Source: an archaeon (GTDB lineage: Archaea; Nanobdellota; Nanobdellia; Pacearchaeales; GW2011-AR1). Taken from it: 64,000 nt of DNA. Both the position numbers and the translations under genes were made by a program. Location: contig JBDRCQ010000009.1 of assembly GCA_043821585.1 (NCBI GenBank), positions 8,189 through 72,188 of the forward strand, written 5' to 3'. The notes beneath the pieces are model-generated. The model did no database searches. It saw nothing but the letters and a program-made list of their open reading frames with translations, and was not told where the DNA came from. Below, one piece after another: positions 18,929 through 28,658 of the stretch. Numbering within the stretch: position 1 is the first letter of the stretch; each line of letters begins with the position of its first letter.

Positions 18929-19170
18929 TATATCATGCCCAGTTTGGTTGCAACGTCAATAGCTGGATTTTCCTTTTTGAGTTTCACGTATGCGAATTTC
19001 TTGTTATCTTTAACGTGTGTTCTGACTTTTTCGACTTTCACGTTGAAGATCTTTTCAACTTCCTTCTTAATTGTTTCTTTTGACTCTTTTTTCTCGAGCT
19101 GGAATAAGAGGGTGTTGTCTAGGTCTATCATTTTTACTGCTTTTTCAGAGGTGATTGGTTTTAGGATCAT
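18928..19170 (-). CDS. rpl23: 50S ribosomal protein uL23
   Basis: PITSEKA, NTLLF, FNVKVEKVRT, KFAYVKL, DVATKLG. Confidence 0.95.
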   Translation of the reverse strand: MILKPITSEKAVKMIDLDNTLLFQLEKKESKETIKKEVEKIFNVKVEKVRTHVKDNKKFAYVKLKKENPAIDVATKLGMI

Positions 19171-19949
19171 TTCTTTTCCTCCTTCTTTTCATTAGCTAGA
19201 GCGTCCAATGCTTTTTTTGTGTAGATGGCTAACCTGCCAAGTGGATAGAAGTCTGCGATTGTTATTTCGCTTGTTGTTTTTATTTCGATTCCAGAGAATT
19301 TTGCTTTTTCTTCTGGAGAGATTATTATCAATGCGCCAGCGTTTGATTTGTATTTTCTTCCTCGGGCCTTGCCTTTTCCTGATCGGACTTCCCTGTTTTT
19401 GAATGCTAATCTTGAAGCTTCGCCGAGCATTGTATTAATTGATTGTTTGAGATCTTTTGTTTTGGTTGGAAGTGCCTCGATTACGAACGGCATATTTTCG
19501 ATTTTGTCTAAGCTTGAATATCTTTTCAAGATGAATTCTTTATTTGCTGTCGCGGCTAGTGCGGAATTGAATGCTATAATGACTTCTTTTTTATTGAGTT
19601 TCTTTTCTTTGCCGACGCCTTTTGGAGGGTGTGCTCTTCTACCTTGCCTTGTTCCAGGAACGTTTGCTCCGACCCAATTGAATTGCGTTCCACGTCGCGA
19701 CATTGTCTTTCTAGGGACTCTGGATATTCCTCGACCGTAATGGCCTTTCCAATCGTGTCTTTTGTGAGAGATTGTTCCAGAGGCAGATTGTCTGAGGCCT
19801 GCTCTTTCTAGCGAGGCGTAAGGTTGAATGAATTTTTCTGCTTCGAAGTACTTCTTGACCATGTCTTCTCTGACTCTGATCGAAAATAGTTTTGGCATTT
19901 CTACCTGAGATTTTTTTTCGCCTTTTGAATTGAATAGTGTTGCTTTCAT
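19167..19949 (-). CDS. rpl4: 50S ribosomal protein uL4
   Basis: GRGISRVPR, GRRAHPPK, KKLNKKE, RSGKGKARGRKY, GRLAIYT. Confidence 0.95.
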   Translation of the reverse strand: MKATLFNSKGEKKSQVEMPKLFSIRVREDMVKKYFEAEKFIQPYASLERAGLRQSASGTISHKRHDWKGHYGRGISRVPRKTMSRRGTQFNWVGANVPGTRQGRRAHPPKGVGKEKKLNKKEVIIAFNSALAATANKEFILKRYSSLDKIENMPFVIEALPTKTKDLKQSINTMLGEASRLAFKNREVRSGKGKARGRKYKSNAGALIIISPEEKAKFSGIEIKTTSEITIADFYPLGRLAIYTKKALDALANEKKEEKK

Positions 19950-20887
19950 TGTACCAGCTCCAGAAACTCAAGTTTCTTTTTAGATTGTTTTTTTGTTGGC
20001 CTGTATGAAGGCGTGAGAAGGATTTGTCTTTTTTGTGGGCCTGGAACTGAACCCTTGAGAATTATATAAGATGTCTTGATTTTGCCGTATTGAGGGAACC
20101 CTTCTTTTGGATTTACATCGTTTTCTGAAATTTTTCCAGAGGCTATGACATTTAGATTATAGACGAGGCGGGAGAAATAACCCATTTGGCCAGCCATTGG
20201 TGTTCTGAACGTGACGCGAGCTGGATGCCAAGGAGCTATTGAACCGACCTTTCTGAGGCCTTTTTCGGACTTGTGGAATCTTAGGGTGATGCCGAACCTT
20301 TTTACAGGGCCTTGCATGCCCTTTCCTTTTGTTAGCCCTCGAACGTCTAAAAGTTTCGACTTTAAGAAATCTGCCAGGGTAATTTCTTTTCCTATAAGGT
20401 TTTTTACAAATTCGAGCTTGTTGTCTGATTGAATTGCAAGTTCAATCATATCTGGAGTTTTTTTGATGTTTGTTTGTTTAGGCAAAGAATACACTATAAC
20501 CCTTATGTCGTCGTAGCCTTCTGGAATTTTGTCAAGTTTCTTTGATTCTTTCGGAACTTTAACCTTCTTTTTTAGTTCTTTGTCGTTTGAAACATTAATT
20601 TCGGTTAGGACTTTTCCGTTTTTGTAGAATCGAACTGAGAATATTTTCATGGATGGAACTTCGAGAAGGGTTACAGGGATTGTGATTTGTTTATTTAGGG
20701 TTCTGGACTTTTCGGTTGTGTCTTTCACGACGGCGGAGGCCATTCCTGCTTTGTAAGCGATGATTCCTAAAAGGCCCTCTTCGTTAGAAGAAATAGGTTT
20801 CCAGTTTGCACTGGGTAAAACTTTAGCAGCCCGCTTTCTGGGCCAGAACTGCAAACTTGCTCTTCTCGGTCTTGATAATTTGGCCAT
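19946..20887 (-). CDS. rpl3: 50S ribosomal protein uL3
   Basis: PRRASLQFWPRKRA, YKAGM, TKGKGMQGPVKRFG, AGQMG, KGSVPGP. Confidence 0.96.
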   Translation of the reverse strand: MAKLSRPRRASLQFWPRKRAAKVLPSANWKPISSNEEGLLGIIAYKAGMASAVVKDTTEKSRTLNKQITIPVTLLEVPSMKIFSVRFYKNGKVLTEINVSNDKELKKKVKVPKESKKLDKIPEGYDDIRVIVYSLPKQTNIKKTPDMIELAIQSDNKLEFVKNLIGKEITLADFLKSKLLDVRGLTKGKGMQGPVKRFGITLRFHKSEKGLRKVGSIAPWHPARVTFRTPMAGQMGYFSRLVYNLNVIASGKISENDVNPKEGFPQYGKIKTSYIILKGSVPGPQKRQILLTPSYRPTKKQSKKKLEFLELVQ

Positions 20888-20998
20888 TTCTTACTATTAC
20901 CATTGTTTTTGGGTGCAACTCTCCCTTATTTTGTTAGAAAGATTCGGGTGAATAGTCCGGGTCTTTCTCAATTAGATCTAACTGACTGTGATATTTTG

Positions 20999-21014
20999 GG
21001 TATATAAAGTTTTT
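20999..21014 (-). promoter_or_regulatory. archaeal BRE/TATA-like promoter for the rpl3 superoperon
   Basis: Minus strand reads AAAAACTTTATATACC about 110 nt upstream of the rpl3 ATG, implying a ~90-nt leader. Confidence 0.5.
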
Positions 21015-21041
21015 GTGAGGCGATTTTGGGCGTTTATAAGA

Positions 21042-21461
21042 CTAGTCTCCTTTAATCCTAAACTCGGTAAACGTAACGTCTTCGGAGTCTAGTTGGTCGA
21101 TGAGGTCCTTGATTTGTTTTTGATGCTTAGAGAGTTTGGATGTGCCTTGTTTGACTTCGACTAAGTGTATGCCTTTGATGTCGCGTTCGTCTAGGCCTTC
21201 GAAGACAACGTAGTCGATTGGATCGCCAAGGAACTTACACTCAGAGGGCTTGAACGGGAAACCTTCGAGGAATGGGGCGAAGGTTTCGGAGACCTTGCCC
21301 TTAATGCCTGCCCTTTGTTGATCTGCTATCTCTTTTCTTAGGCGGACGAGGTTCTTTTGCCATTTTAGGTCTGCTCTTATGGCGGAGAGTTTGTAAGTTA
21401 GCCAGACAACTATGATGAAAGCTATTGCTGAGAGAACGATTGTTAGCGAAGAGATTTCCAT
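21042..21461 (-). CDS. membrane-anchored Holliday-junction-resolvase-like PD-(D/E)xK endonuclease (Endonuc_Holl family)
   Basis: N-terminal TM; GKVSETFAPFL, FLGDPIDYVVF, VEVKQG, LSKHQKQIK. Confidence 0.82.
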   Translation of the reverse strand: MEISSLTIVLSAIAFIIVVWLTYKLSAIRADLKWQKNLVRLRKEIADQQRAGIKGKVSETFAPFLEGFPFKPSECKFLGDPIDYVVFEGLDERDIKGIHLVEVKQGTSKLSKHQKQIKDLIDQLDSEDVTFTEFRIKGD

Positions 21462-21491
21462 TTTGTAGGGAGAGAAAGGAGGGTTAAATAA

Positions 21492-21785
21492 TTATCCTGG
21501 GGCTCGTTGTTGGTCTGTTGGTGCTCCATTCGGAAAAATTCTTATGCTTCTGACCCCTCGTAAATCCACTATTTCTCCACCATCTCCTTCACCATTTTCT
21601 CTAAGAACCAAAGGTTCTCCCCTGTAAAGAGATCCGAGAAGATACATTATGTCGCAGTTTGCATCTGGTTTTAATCTCACAACTGGATGCCTTCCACCCT
21701 TGTCATCTAGTTCATAAGGCCTTATGTGCTTCATGTCTACGTCCCTATGATCCCCTTCGCGATAGTTCAATCTGACTGTGGTCAT
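21492..21785 (-). CDS. hypothetical protein
   Basis: ORF from MTTVRLNY; TTTATA-like element just upstream. Confidence 0.5.
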   Translation of the reverse strand: MTTVRLNYREGDHRDVDMKHIRPYELDDKGGRHPVVRLKPDANCDIMYLLGSLYRGEPLVLRENGEGDGGEIVDLRGVRSIRIFPNGAPTDQQRAPG

Positions 21786-21891
21786 TTTGTATAAATTAAA
21801 TGTTTGTTTTTTAAGCTTTTTATTATACAAAATATACTTCTCCCAACCGCGCTTCATAAATCTTTATATAGAAACCTTCTCGGAGAAAAGT

Positions 21892-24800
21892 ATGGCTGGT
21901 TTGATTGATTACATTCAGAAAGGACTAAAGAAAGTTGCGGATGTTCAAATAAAATACCTTTGGATTGTGATATTGGTCCTTTTGGGATTCACTATTTTTA
22001 GTGCGATGGGCCTTAGCAAGATCCACCTTGAGTCTGATTTTGACAAGATGAATCCGCAGGATTTGCCTGTCATGAAGCTGTCTAATAAAATAGATACCGA
22101 GTTTCAGGAATTTGAGAGCGTTGTTATAGTTGTTGAGTTGGATGATTCGCTTGACAGCGATACAAATCCAAAGGACATTCGTGATCCGGCGATTATTGAA
22201 TTTATGACGAGATTGCAAAAAAATCTTGAGGGAGAGAGGACTATCCAAAATGTGCAGTCGGCGGGGTTGGTTTTTTCTCAGATGGATGTTCCGGAAGATT
22301 TGGAAAGTACCAAGAGAGTTTTGAGTAATGTGCCTGGAAGTGAAAAGTTTTTTGATAGGGGCTATGAACTAACTCTGGCATTTATTGAGGCAGACGTTGG
22401 GGGAGATACTGAGAAGATTCAGGCGTTGGATGAAAAAGTCAACGAGATTATTGAAGAGTCTGGAAAACCAGGCGGGGTGAAAGTTACCACAACTGGAGAT
22501 GCACCATTGGGTTCTGCGATTTTTCAGCTATTGATAAGTGACTCGTTTTTTACATTAATTTTTTCTACGATTGCAATCTTTCTGCTTATTGTTGTTCTTG
22601 AAGCTTCATTCAAAAGAGGACTTATCGTTTTGTTTCCACTGCTTTTGGGTTTGACCTGGACTGCGGGAACTCTTGGTTGGCTGGGCATTTCGATAACTAT
22701 TGCGACTGCAGGATTGAGTGCGATGTTGCTTGGATTGGGAATGGAATACTCTATATTTTTAGTTTCTCGGTATAACGAAGAAAGAAAAAAGCACGATGTG
22801 AATTACGCGGTAAGCGAAGCGGTTGTTCAGGTTGGCGGGTCCCTTGCAGCTTCTGGCTCAACAACATTGATTGGTTTTTTGGCCCTGACATTGAGCATGT
22901 TTCCTGTTTTGTCTGACTTGGGATTGAGTTTGGCAATTGGGATCGCGTTCATGCTTGCTTCCACTATTTTGGCTGCGCCAGTTATTCTTTTGGTTGAAGA
23001 CAAGATTGAAAGAGCGCTTAAGGGGGAAAAAGAGATTATCCACGAGGAGAAAGTTAGAGAAAAAAAATTCAAGAAGCTAAAGATTGAGAAAGTTTACAGA
23101 GGTTATGGAAAACTTGTTGCTAATAGACCTTGGACTGTTCTTAGTGCTGCTGTCATTATAACTGTTCTAATGTTTTATGGGATGACCTTGATTAAGAATC
23201 AGGATATTGATTTTGAGACGGTTTTGCCGGCAGATCTTGAGGAGATGGTTGCATTTAGGAAATTAAACGACGAGTTTGGAGAAAGATCTTCTGCCTTGAT
23301 TTATGTGGAGGTGTCTCCGGAATTTTTTGGTTCTGATGAGCCGCAGGACATTCGCGATCCGAGAGTTTTGGAGTACATCGACTTACTCGGGAAGAAAGCG
23401 ATGTTTGTTCAGGACGTTCAAAGCGTAGACAGCCTAGCCGAGGTTGTGAAGGATGCGAATGAAGGAATCATTCCTCGGACGATTGCGACTGAGCAGACGT
23501 TGTTTGATAGTTTTGCTGCGCAGGATTTGATAAATGAAGATTATAGTGCAACATTGATTAGGATCAGCGCAAATGAAGATGCGGTACACGAAAGGCATGA
23601 GTTTACTAATCAATTGTATAAGATAATTGACGAGACCGAAAAGCCTGCGGGAGTAAAAGTTAGAGCTTCTGGCGGACTGGTTGTTGAGAGCGAGCTAGAT
23701 GCCATTAATGGGCCGGACTCTCAAAAGACTTCTTTGGTTTCGTTGTTGGGGATTGTTGTTTTTCTTTATATTCTGACTAGGAGTTTTAAGAATACATTCT
23801 TGCCGTTAGTAACAGTTGTTCTTGGTATAATCTGGACGCTTGGGCTGGGAGGATTTTTCGGAGAGCCGTTCAACAATATCACTACGAGTGTTATTACAAT
23901 GACTATTGGGATTGGAATTGATTTCGGTTTGCAGATTATGCTTCGGTACAATTATGAGTTGAGGAAACATGATAAAAGAAAGGCGATGGAGGAGACTATG
24001 ACGAATATTATGACGCCGATGGTTATCACAGTTATTGCGGCATTGATTGGGTTTAGTGCGATGAATCTTGGGCAGTTGAAGTTGATGGGAGATCTTGGGA
24101 CAATGATGAGTTTTGGTGTGGCTGGAAGTATGTTTGCGGCAGTGACTGGCGTGGCTGCATTGTACGTGCTATTTCAGAAAGAAAAACGTGAGAAACCAAT
24201 CGGATACTATCGAGAACAACAATCCTTAAAAGTATCAAAACGGGGGAAGGTTATGAAAAAAATGGCATTTTTGTTGGGCTTCATAATTTTAGCTGCCAAT
24301 GTTGGTGCTATAACTGAAACTGTTGTTATGAAAGATTATGTTGTTGATTTTGAATATGATGAGGCAGATGTTAAGGCAGGCGAGACGTTTAGATTAACTG
24401 CCACGGTAGCTAATGAGGCGGGGGAAACTAGGAGCGATATTGAACTTTTCTTAGAATTAGACTCTCCTTTTGACAATGTGGGTGATGACTCAAAAAGTTT
24501 AGGAGTGCTTGAGGATGGCGAGGAAAAGGCTGTGAGTTTTAGAATCGAGGTTGATGAGGATGCGGGCTCAGATGATTACACAATTGACTTTGAGATTAAA
24601 GATAATGAGGACAAAGACAGCGATGAGTTTAGTGTGAGTGTCGAGTCGAATAGGGCCGAGTTGATTATAGGAAATGTTGAGAGTTTGCCTACAACTATTT
24701 CGCCTGACTTGGAAGACGTTAAGCTTACGTTGACGATTGAGAACACTGAAGACGAAGATGCTGATTTTGTGAGGGCTAAGTTGATCTTGCCGGAGGGGTT

Positions 24801-25428
24801 TACACCTTCTGGAAGTTATAGCGACAGTGCTAATCTTGGGAGGGTTGCGGCGGGGGAAAGCAAAGATGTTGATTTTTTTGTGGATACAAGTGAAAGAGTT
24901 TCATCTGGCGTACATAAAGGGATTTTAGAATTGACTTATGACGAGGGCGGAGATAGCAGGATTGTTGCTCTTGAGTTCGATTTGCCTGTTAAGGGGAGGT
25001 CACAGTTCCAGATAATCAGGTCGAATACTGGCCCTGCAACTATCAGCGAGAATGATGCTGTTGAATTACGAATCATAGTTGAAAACGTTGGAGAAGAGGA
25101 AGGCAAGGAAACTTCTGTTAGGGTTTTTGAGAATTCTGACCAGCCATTTAGTTTTGATGAGAAAACAAACTTTATTGGCGATTTGCTGCCGGGGGAATCC
25201 GGCACTGCAACATTGAAGTTCACAGTAGATTCTGGTGCTGTTGAAAAGACCTATCTTGTTCGGGTGCAGACTAGAACCGTTGATAACGGCAATGTGCTTG
25301 TTGAGGAAATGACGGTTCCTGTGAGGGTTAGCGCACCTCAGGAAACAAATTGGACGTATTATGTAATTGGTCTTGCAGTTGTTTTAGTTGTGGTTTTGAT
25401 CTTCTTTGTTTTTAGAATGACTCGCTAG
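21892..25428 (+). CDS. MMPL/RND-family exporter (two repeats) in frame with a COG1361-like S-layer/Ig-fold domain and C-terminal TM; possibly two genes (second start 24253)
   Basis: Two MMPL halves with GLGMEYSIF and GIGIDFGL motifs; internal signal-peptide-like MKKMAFLLGFIILAANVGA at 24253; LGxLxxGE Ig-like repeats; start reassigned to MAGL (TATA at ~21863). Confidence 0.85.
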   Translation: MAGLIDYIQKGLKKVADVQIKYLWIVILVLLGFTIFSAMGLSKIHLESDFDKMNPQDLPVMKLSNKIDTEFQEFESVVIVVELDDSLDSDTNPKDIRDPAIIEFMTRLQKNLEGERTIQNVQSAGLVFSQMDVPEDLESTKRVLSNVPGSEKFFDRGYELTLAFIEADVGGDTEKIQALDEKVNEIIEESGKPGGVKVTTTGDAPLGSAIFQLLISDSFFTLIFSTIAIFLLIVVLEASFKRGLIVLFPLLLGLTWTAGTLGWLGISITIATAGLSAMLLGLGMEYSIFLVSRYNEERKKHDVNYAVSEAVVQVGGSLAASGSTTLIGFLALTLSMFPVLSDLGLSLAIGIAFMLASTILAAPVILLVEDKIERALKGEKEIIHEEKVREKKFKKLKIEKVYRGYGKLVANRPWTVLSAAVIITVLMFYGMTLIKNQDIDFETVLPADLEEMVAFRKLNDEFGERSSALIYVEVSPEFFGSDEPQDIRDPRVLEYIDLLGKKAMFVQDVQSVDSLAEVVKDANEGIIPRTIATEQTLFDSFAAQDLINEDYSATLIRISANEDAVHERHEFTNQLYKIIDETEKPAGVKVRASGGLVVESELDAINGPDSQKTSLVSLLGIVVFLYILTRSFKNTFLPLVTVVLGIIWTLGLGGFFGEPFNNITTSVITMTIGIGIDFGLQIMLRYNYELRKHDKRKAMEETMTNIMTPMVITVIAALIGFSAMNLGQLKLMGDLGTMMSFGVAGSMFAAVTGVAALYVLFQKEKREKPIGYYREQQSLKVSKRGKVMKKMAFLLGFIILAANVGAITETVVMKDYVVDFEYDEADVKAGETFRLTATVANEAGETRSDIELFLELDSPFDNVGDDSKSLGVLEDGEEKAVSFRIEVDEDAGSDDYTIDFEIKDNEDKDSDEFSVSVESNRAELIIGNVESLPTTISPDLEDVKLTLTIENTEDEDADFVRAKLILPEGFTPSGSYSDSANLGRVAAGESKDVDFFVDTSERVSSGVHKGILELTYDEGGDSRIVALEFDLPVKGRSQFQIIRSNTGPATISENDAVELRIIVENVGEEEGKETSVRVFENSDQPFSFDEKTNFIGDLLPGESGTATLKFTVDSGAVEKTYLVRVQTRTVDNGNVLVEEMTVPVRVSAPQETNWTYYVIGLAVVLVVVLIFFVFRMTR

Positions 25429-25465
25429 GCATAACTAATTTAAACATTGAGACATGAAATTATAG

Positions 25466-25885
25466 ATGAACTTTCAGATGTTAGAAAAGTTAACAGAAGA
25501 TTTATCCGATCACCAATTAGATGAAGTTATAAGATTATTGAATAATAGTGATTCCTCAAAAGAAAATAGATTTGATAGGTTGCATATAATCTATCGCTTT
25601 AAGGAAAACGAAATTAATAAAGCAATAAACGAGTTGAAATCAAAGCTTTATGCCAAATTAGATGGGCTGTCAGAAAGACAGCTTCATGAATTGGCAGATG
25701 TTATGGGCATCGGTTTTGTTAATGAACCTGAAGATAAGGAAGAGGTAGTGATGGTTTTGTCTATGGAAAAGCTTAGGAGAATTGAAGAGGGTTTAAAAAA
25801 ATTAAAAAACTTAAAAAAACTAACACTTCCCAGTTATGTTTTGATATCTCAAGATTGCTACAATTGCCCAGACAACTGTGAATGA
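25466..25885 (+). CDS. hypothetical protein
   Basis: 139-aa helical ORF with internal LSDHQLDE/LSERQLHE similarity. Confidence 0.5.
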   Translation: MNFQMLEKLTEDLSDHQLDEVIRLLNNSDSSKENRFDRLHIIYRFKENEINKAINELKSKLYAKLDGLSERQLHELADVMGIGFVNEPEDKEEVVMVLSMEKLRRIEEGLKKLKNLKKLTLPSYVLISQDCYNCPDNCE

Positions 25886-26032
25886 AATCCATGCGAAGAT
25901 CACTGCGTAGCAGTCCTCGTGAGTTGTTAGGAAGGATTGGATTAAGCCGTAGACCGCGAAAGCTATGGAGACTAAGATTACGATATCAAACCTTTTTTTA
26001 GGTTTTGCCGAAGATTTTAGTTTCTTTGGCAT
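25820..26032 (-). CDS. small two-TM membrane protein
   Basis: Basic N-terminus plus two hydrophobic segments; downstream of pcn. Confidence 0.55.
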   Translation of the reverse strand: MPKKLKSSAKPKKRFDIVILVSIAFAVYGLIQSFLTTHEDCYAVIFAWISFTVVWAIVAILRYQNITGKC

Positions 26033-26062
26033 GCTATATTGAGGGAAAGGTTGTATAAATAG

Positions 26063-26794
26063 TTAATCTTCTTGCTCGACTCTTGGAGCTAGAACAAAGC
26101 TTAAGATGACGTCGCCGGTGTGGAAGTCAAGCCTCATTGGGTGATTGTCGCTGAATGAGAGGGTGGACTGGTTGGAGATTTTTGCGCCTTTGATGAACTT
26201 ACTGAGGTATTCTAGGGAAAATCTTGCTGTGGAGTTTCCGGAATGAATTTCTGCTTCGTCGCTTGAAAATTCTGCTCGTGCGGAGTTTAGGCTGTGAGCT
26301 TCTACGATAAACTTATTTGGTTCTGCCATGAAAGTGCAGGCGTCACTCACTACGGAGCAATCTTCAATGACTTCTGTTAGAGTGTCTGCGTTAATCTTTA
26401 CAACTGAGTTGAATTCCCATTCAGGCAAAGGTTTTTCTTCCATGTCTATTTCGATTAGCGCTAAAGAGAAGTCTCTTTTGACCCTGTCCCTGATTCCAAG
26501 TTTTAGAATGTTGTCTGCTTTTTCAAGAGTTAGCGAAGCGCCGGGTTTGCATCTCCTCAAAACTGCTTTTAGGTTGCTTAGGTTAACTCCAATTTCGTCT
26601 TCTTCTTTGTCGATATCGAAATCTAGGAATAAAGAAGCTGGAATTTTGAAATAAATCATTGCGACGTTCGCTGGGTCGATCGCAGTAAGAGAGAGGCCCT
26701 CTTTGTTAATTTTTATGCGAACTTCTGTGACTAACTCCGAAATGATTGTTATTATATCTGAAAATATCTTCGGACTTTGCAATGTTAATTTCAT
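26063..26794 (-). CDS. pcn: DNA polymerase sliding clamp PCNA
   Basis: AIDPANVAM, ARFSLEYL, HPMRLDF, FVLAPRVE. Confidence 0.96.
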   Translation of the reverse strand: MKLTLQSPKIFSDIITIISELVTEVRIKINKEGLSLTAIDPANVAMIYFKIPASLFLDFDIDKEEDEIGVNLSNLKAVLRRCKPGASLTLEKADNILKLGIRDRVKRDFSLALIEIDMEEKPLPEWEFNSVVKINADTLTEVIEDCSVVSDACTFMAEPNKFIVEAHSLNSARAEFSSDEAEIHSGNSTARFSLEYLSKFIKGAKISNQSTLSFSDNHPMRLDFHTGDVILSFVLAPRVEQED

Positions 26795-26905
26795 GGTTTT
26801 TTGAGTTGTGAGAGGTTAAAAAGCTTTATTGTTGTGAAAGATACTGCTCAAGGCGGTTGTTACCCTCTTCGCTCGTTGAGCGCTCGAAACCCATTTAATT
26901 GTGTT

Positions 26906-26948
26906 TCTTTGTTCGTCACTTCTCGCTGCGCTACGAGGTTGCTCGCTA
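26906..26948. repeat. diverged copy of the intergenic GC-rich repeat
   Basis: CTTTGTTC...CTCGCTGCGCTACGAGGTTGCTCGCTAG resembles CTTTGTTC...CTCGCTTGCGCTGTGCGGTTCCTCGCTAG at 62509-62563. Confidence 0.5.
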
Positions 26949-27030
26949 GGGCTTACAAAGATCACTGAAATTCGCGAAGATGTAGTGGGAGAATAACAAA
27001 CCATTTAAAATCGATAAGGCAGGAAAATGT

Positions 27031-28614
27031 ATGGATTCTGAGAAAGAGGAGATGAGTGATAAGGAAAAAAGAGTGAGGGCGGTAACTAGGATTTATTATT
27101 CTAATCCGAAGGTGCAAGAGGCGATTTTGAATTTTGCGCTGGATAGAGAGGTTGTTCCTCGGTATTTTGAGGGTTTTGGTAAAAGGCCGGATATGCTGCA
27201 GTATATCTCTGACGTTAATGGCTTGGTTAGAAAAGGTGCGACGTCATTCCATGCTTCGGAAGAGCTTTGGCAAGACCCTCTTCAGTTGAGTTCGGACTCT
27301 ACGCAAAAAGATTTGGAGAATTTGAGGAAGGGATGGGACTTGTTAATTGATATTGATTCGCCTTTTTTGGATTGTTCAAAAATTGCTGCGCAGTTGATTA
27401 TTGCCGCGCTGGAGCAGCACGGAGTTAAGAATTATGGGATAAAGTTTTCGGGAAGCAAGGGATTTCATCTGATGGTTTCTGGGAAGGCGTTTCCTAGAGA
27501 GTTTAACGGAGAGGAGGGGAGAAAGATGTTTCCTTCTTGGCCTCGTGCGATTTGCGGTTATTTAATGAGCTATATTCGTGAAGACTATAATAGGTTAGCT
27601 TCAGAAATTCTGACAGATATTGGGGCGATTCAGAGGAGGACGAAGCTTTCAAAAGAACAGCTTGAGGAAGTGATGTGTAAAATTTGTGGAAAACCTGCGC
27701 AGAAAGGTTCGATTGCGAATTTTGTTTGTCCGGTTTGTAGTATGACTGTGCAAAGGAAGAACGCGAAGATTACGAAGAGGAGGCTGAAATGTTTGAGCAA
27801 TTCTTGCGCGGGAGTCTTGGAGCAGCTGGATGGCGAGGAATTTCACTATTGTGAAAATTGTATTGACCCGGACAACGAAAACTTGCAGATGAACTCGAGC
27901 AAACATCCTGAAAATTTTGAGAAGTCTAAAGGGGTGAGTGCAGAAAAAGTGGCTTCGCCCGATTTGGTCTTGGTAGCCTCCAGACATTTGTTTAGGATGC
28001 CTTACTCGTTACATGAGAAAACTGCCTTGGCCAGTGTTGTTTTAACAAAAGAGGAATTGAAAACGTTCTCGCCCATGGATGCCGATCCGCTTAGAGTTAA
28101 AATTAAAGAGTTTATGCCGAAGAATGAAGAAGGGGAGGCGAAGAATTTATTGGCAAAGGCATTGGATTGGAGTCGCGGACGAGAGGTCATGGAGAAGGCT
28201 ATTGAAGAAAAGAGGTTTAGCAAGTTTAAGGGGAAGAAGTTTGATGATGTTGAATTGAAGGGCGTTACTGACGACATGTTCCCACAGCCTATCAAAAAAT
28301 TGTTGAAGGGGCTGGAAGAGGGGCGGAAAAGGGGGCTTTTTGTTTTGTTAACGTTTTTGCGTTCTACTGGCTTTTCTCCTGAAGAAATAAATAAGAGAGT
28401 GCGAGATTGGAACGAAAGGAACGAGCCTCCGTTGAAAGAAGGTTATGTTAGAAGCCAGATTGAATGGCATTTGAAGCAAACCAAAAAGATTCTCCCACCG
28501 AATTATAGCAATGAGGCATTTTACCGCGACATTGGGATACTTGATAAAAAACCGGAAACGAAAAATCCATTGGTTGATGTGATGCGGAAAGTTAGGAGAA
28601 GGTCTAGAGAATGA
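27031..28614 (+). CDS. priS: fused DNA primase PriS-PriL(CTD/PriX-like) with Cys-rich insertion
   Basis: AEP motifs WDLLIDID, KFSGSKGFH, RHLFRMPYSLHEKT; C-terminal GRKRGLFVL...WN...PPL...PPN...KNPL; divergent from pcn. Confidence 0.9.
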   Translation: MDSEKEEMSDKEKRVRAVTRIYYSNPKVQEAILNFALDREVVPRYFEGFGKRPDMLQYISDVNGLVRKGATSFHASEELWQDPLQLSSDSTQKDLENLRKGWDLLIDIDSPFLDCSKIAAQLIIAALEQHGVKNYGIKFSGSKGFHLMVSGKAFPREFNGEEGRKMFPSWPRAICGYLMSYIREDYNRLASEILTDIGAIQRRTKLSKEQLEEVMCKICGKPAQKGSIANFVCPVCSMTVQRKNAKITKRRLKCLSNSCAGVLEQLDGEEFHYCENCIDPDNENLQMNSSKHPENFEKSKGVSAEKVASPDLVLVASRHLFRMPYSLHEKTALASVVLTKEELKTFSPMDADPLRVKIKEFMPKNEEGEAKNLLAKALDWSRGREVMEKAIEEKRFSKFKGKKFDDVELKGVTDDMFPQPIKKLLKGLEEGRKRGLFVLLTFLRSTGFSPEEINKRVRDWNERNEPPLKEGYVRSQIEWHLKQTKKILPPNYSNEAFYRDIGILDKKPETKNPLVDVMRKVRRRSRE

Positions 28615-28658
28615 TTGGCAAGGTGAAAGTTTTTAAACATCTTCCGCTTGGGATTGGC

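Noticed and set aside
26816-27004. 62-aa ORF or tRNA in the pcn-primase intergenic region
   Set aside because: No cloverleaf or T-loop motif is visible; the ORF is built from the GC-rich repeat and divergent promoter sequence
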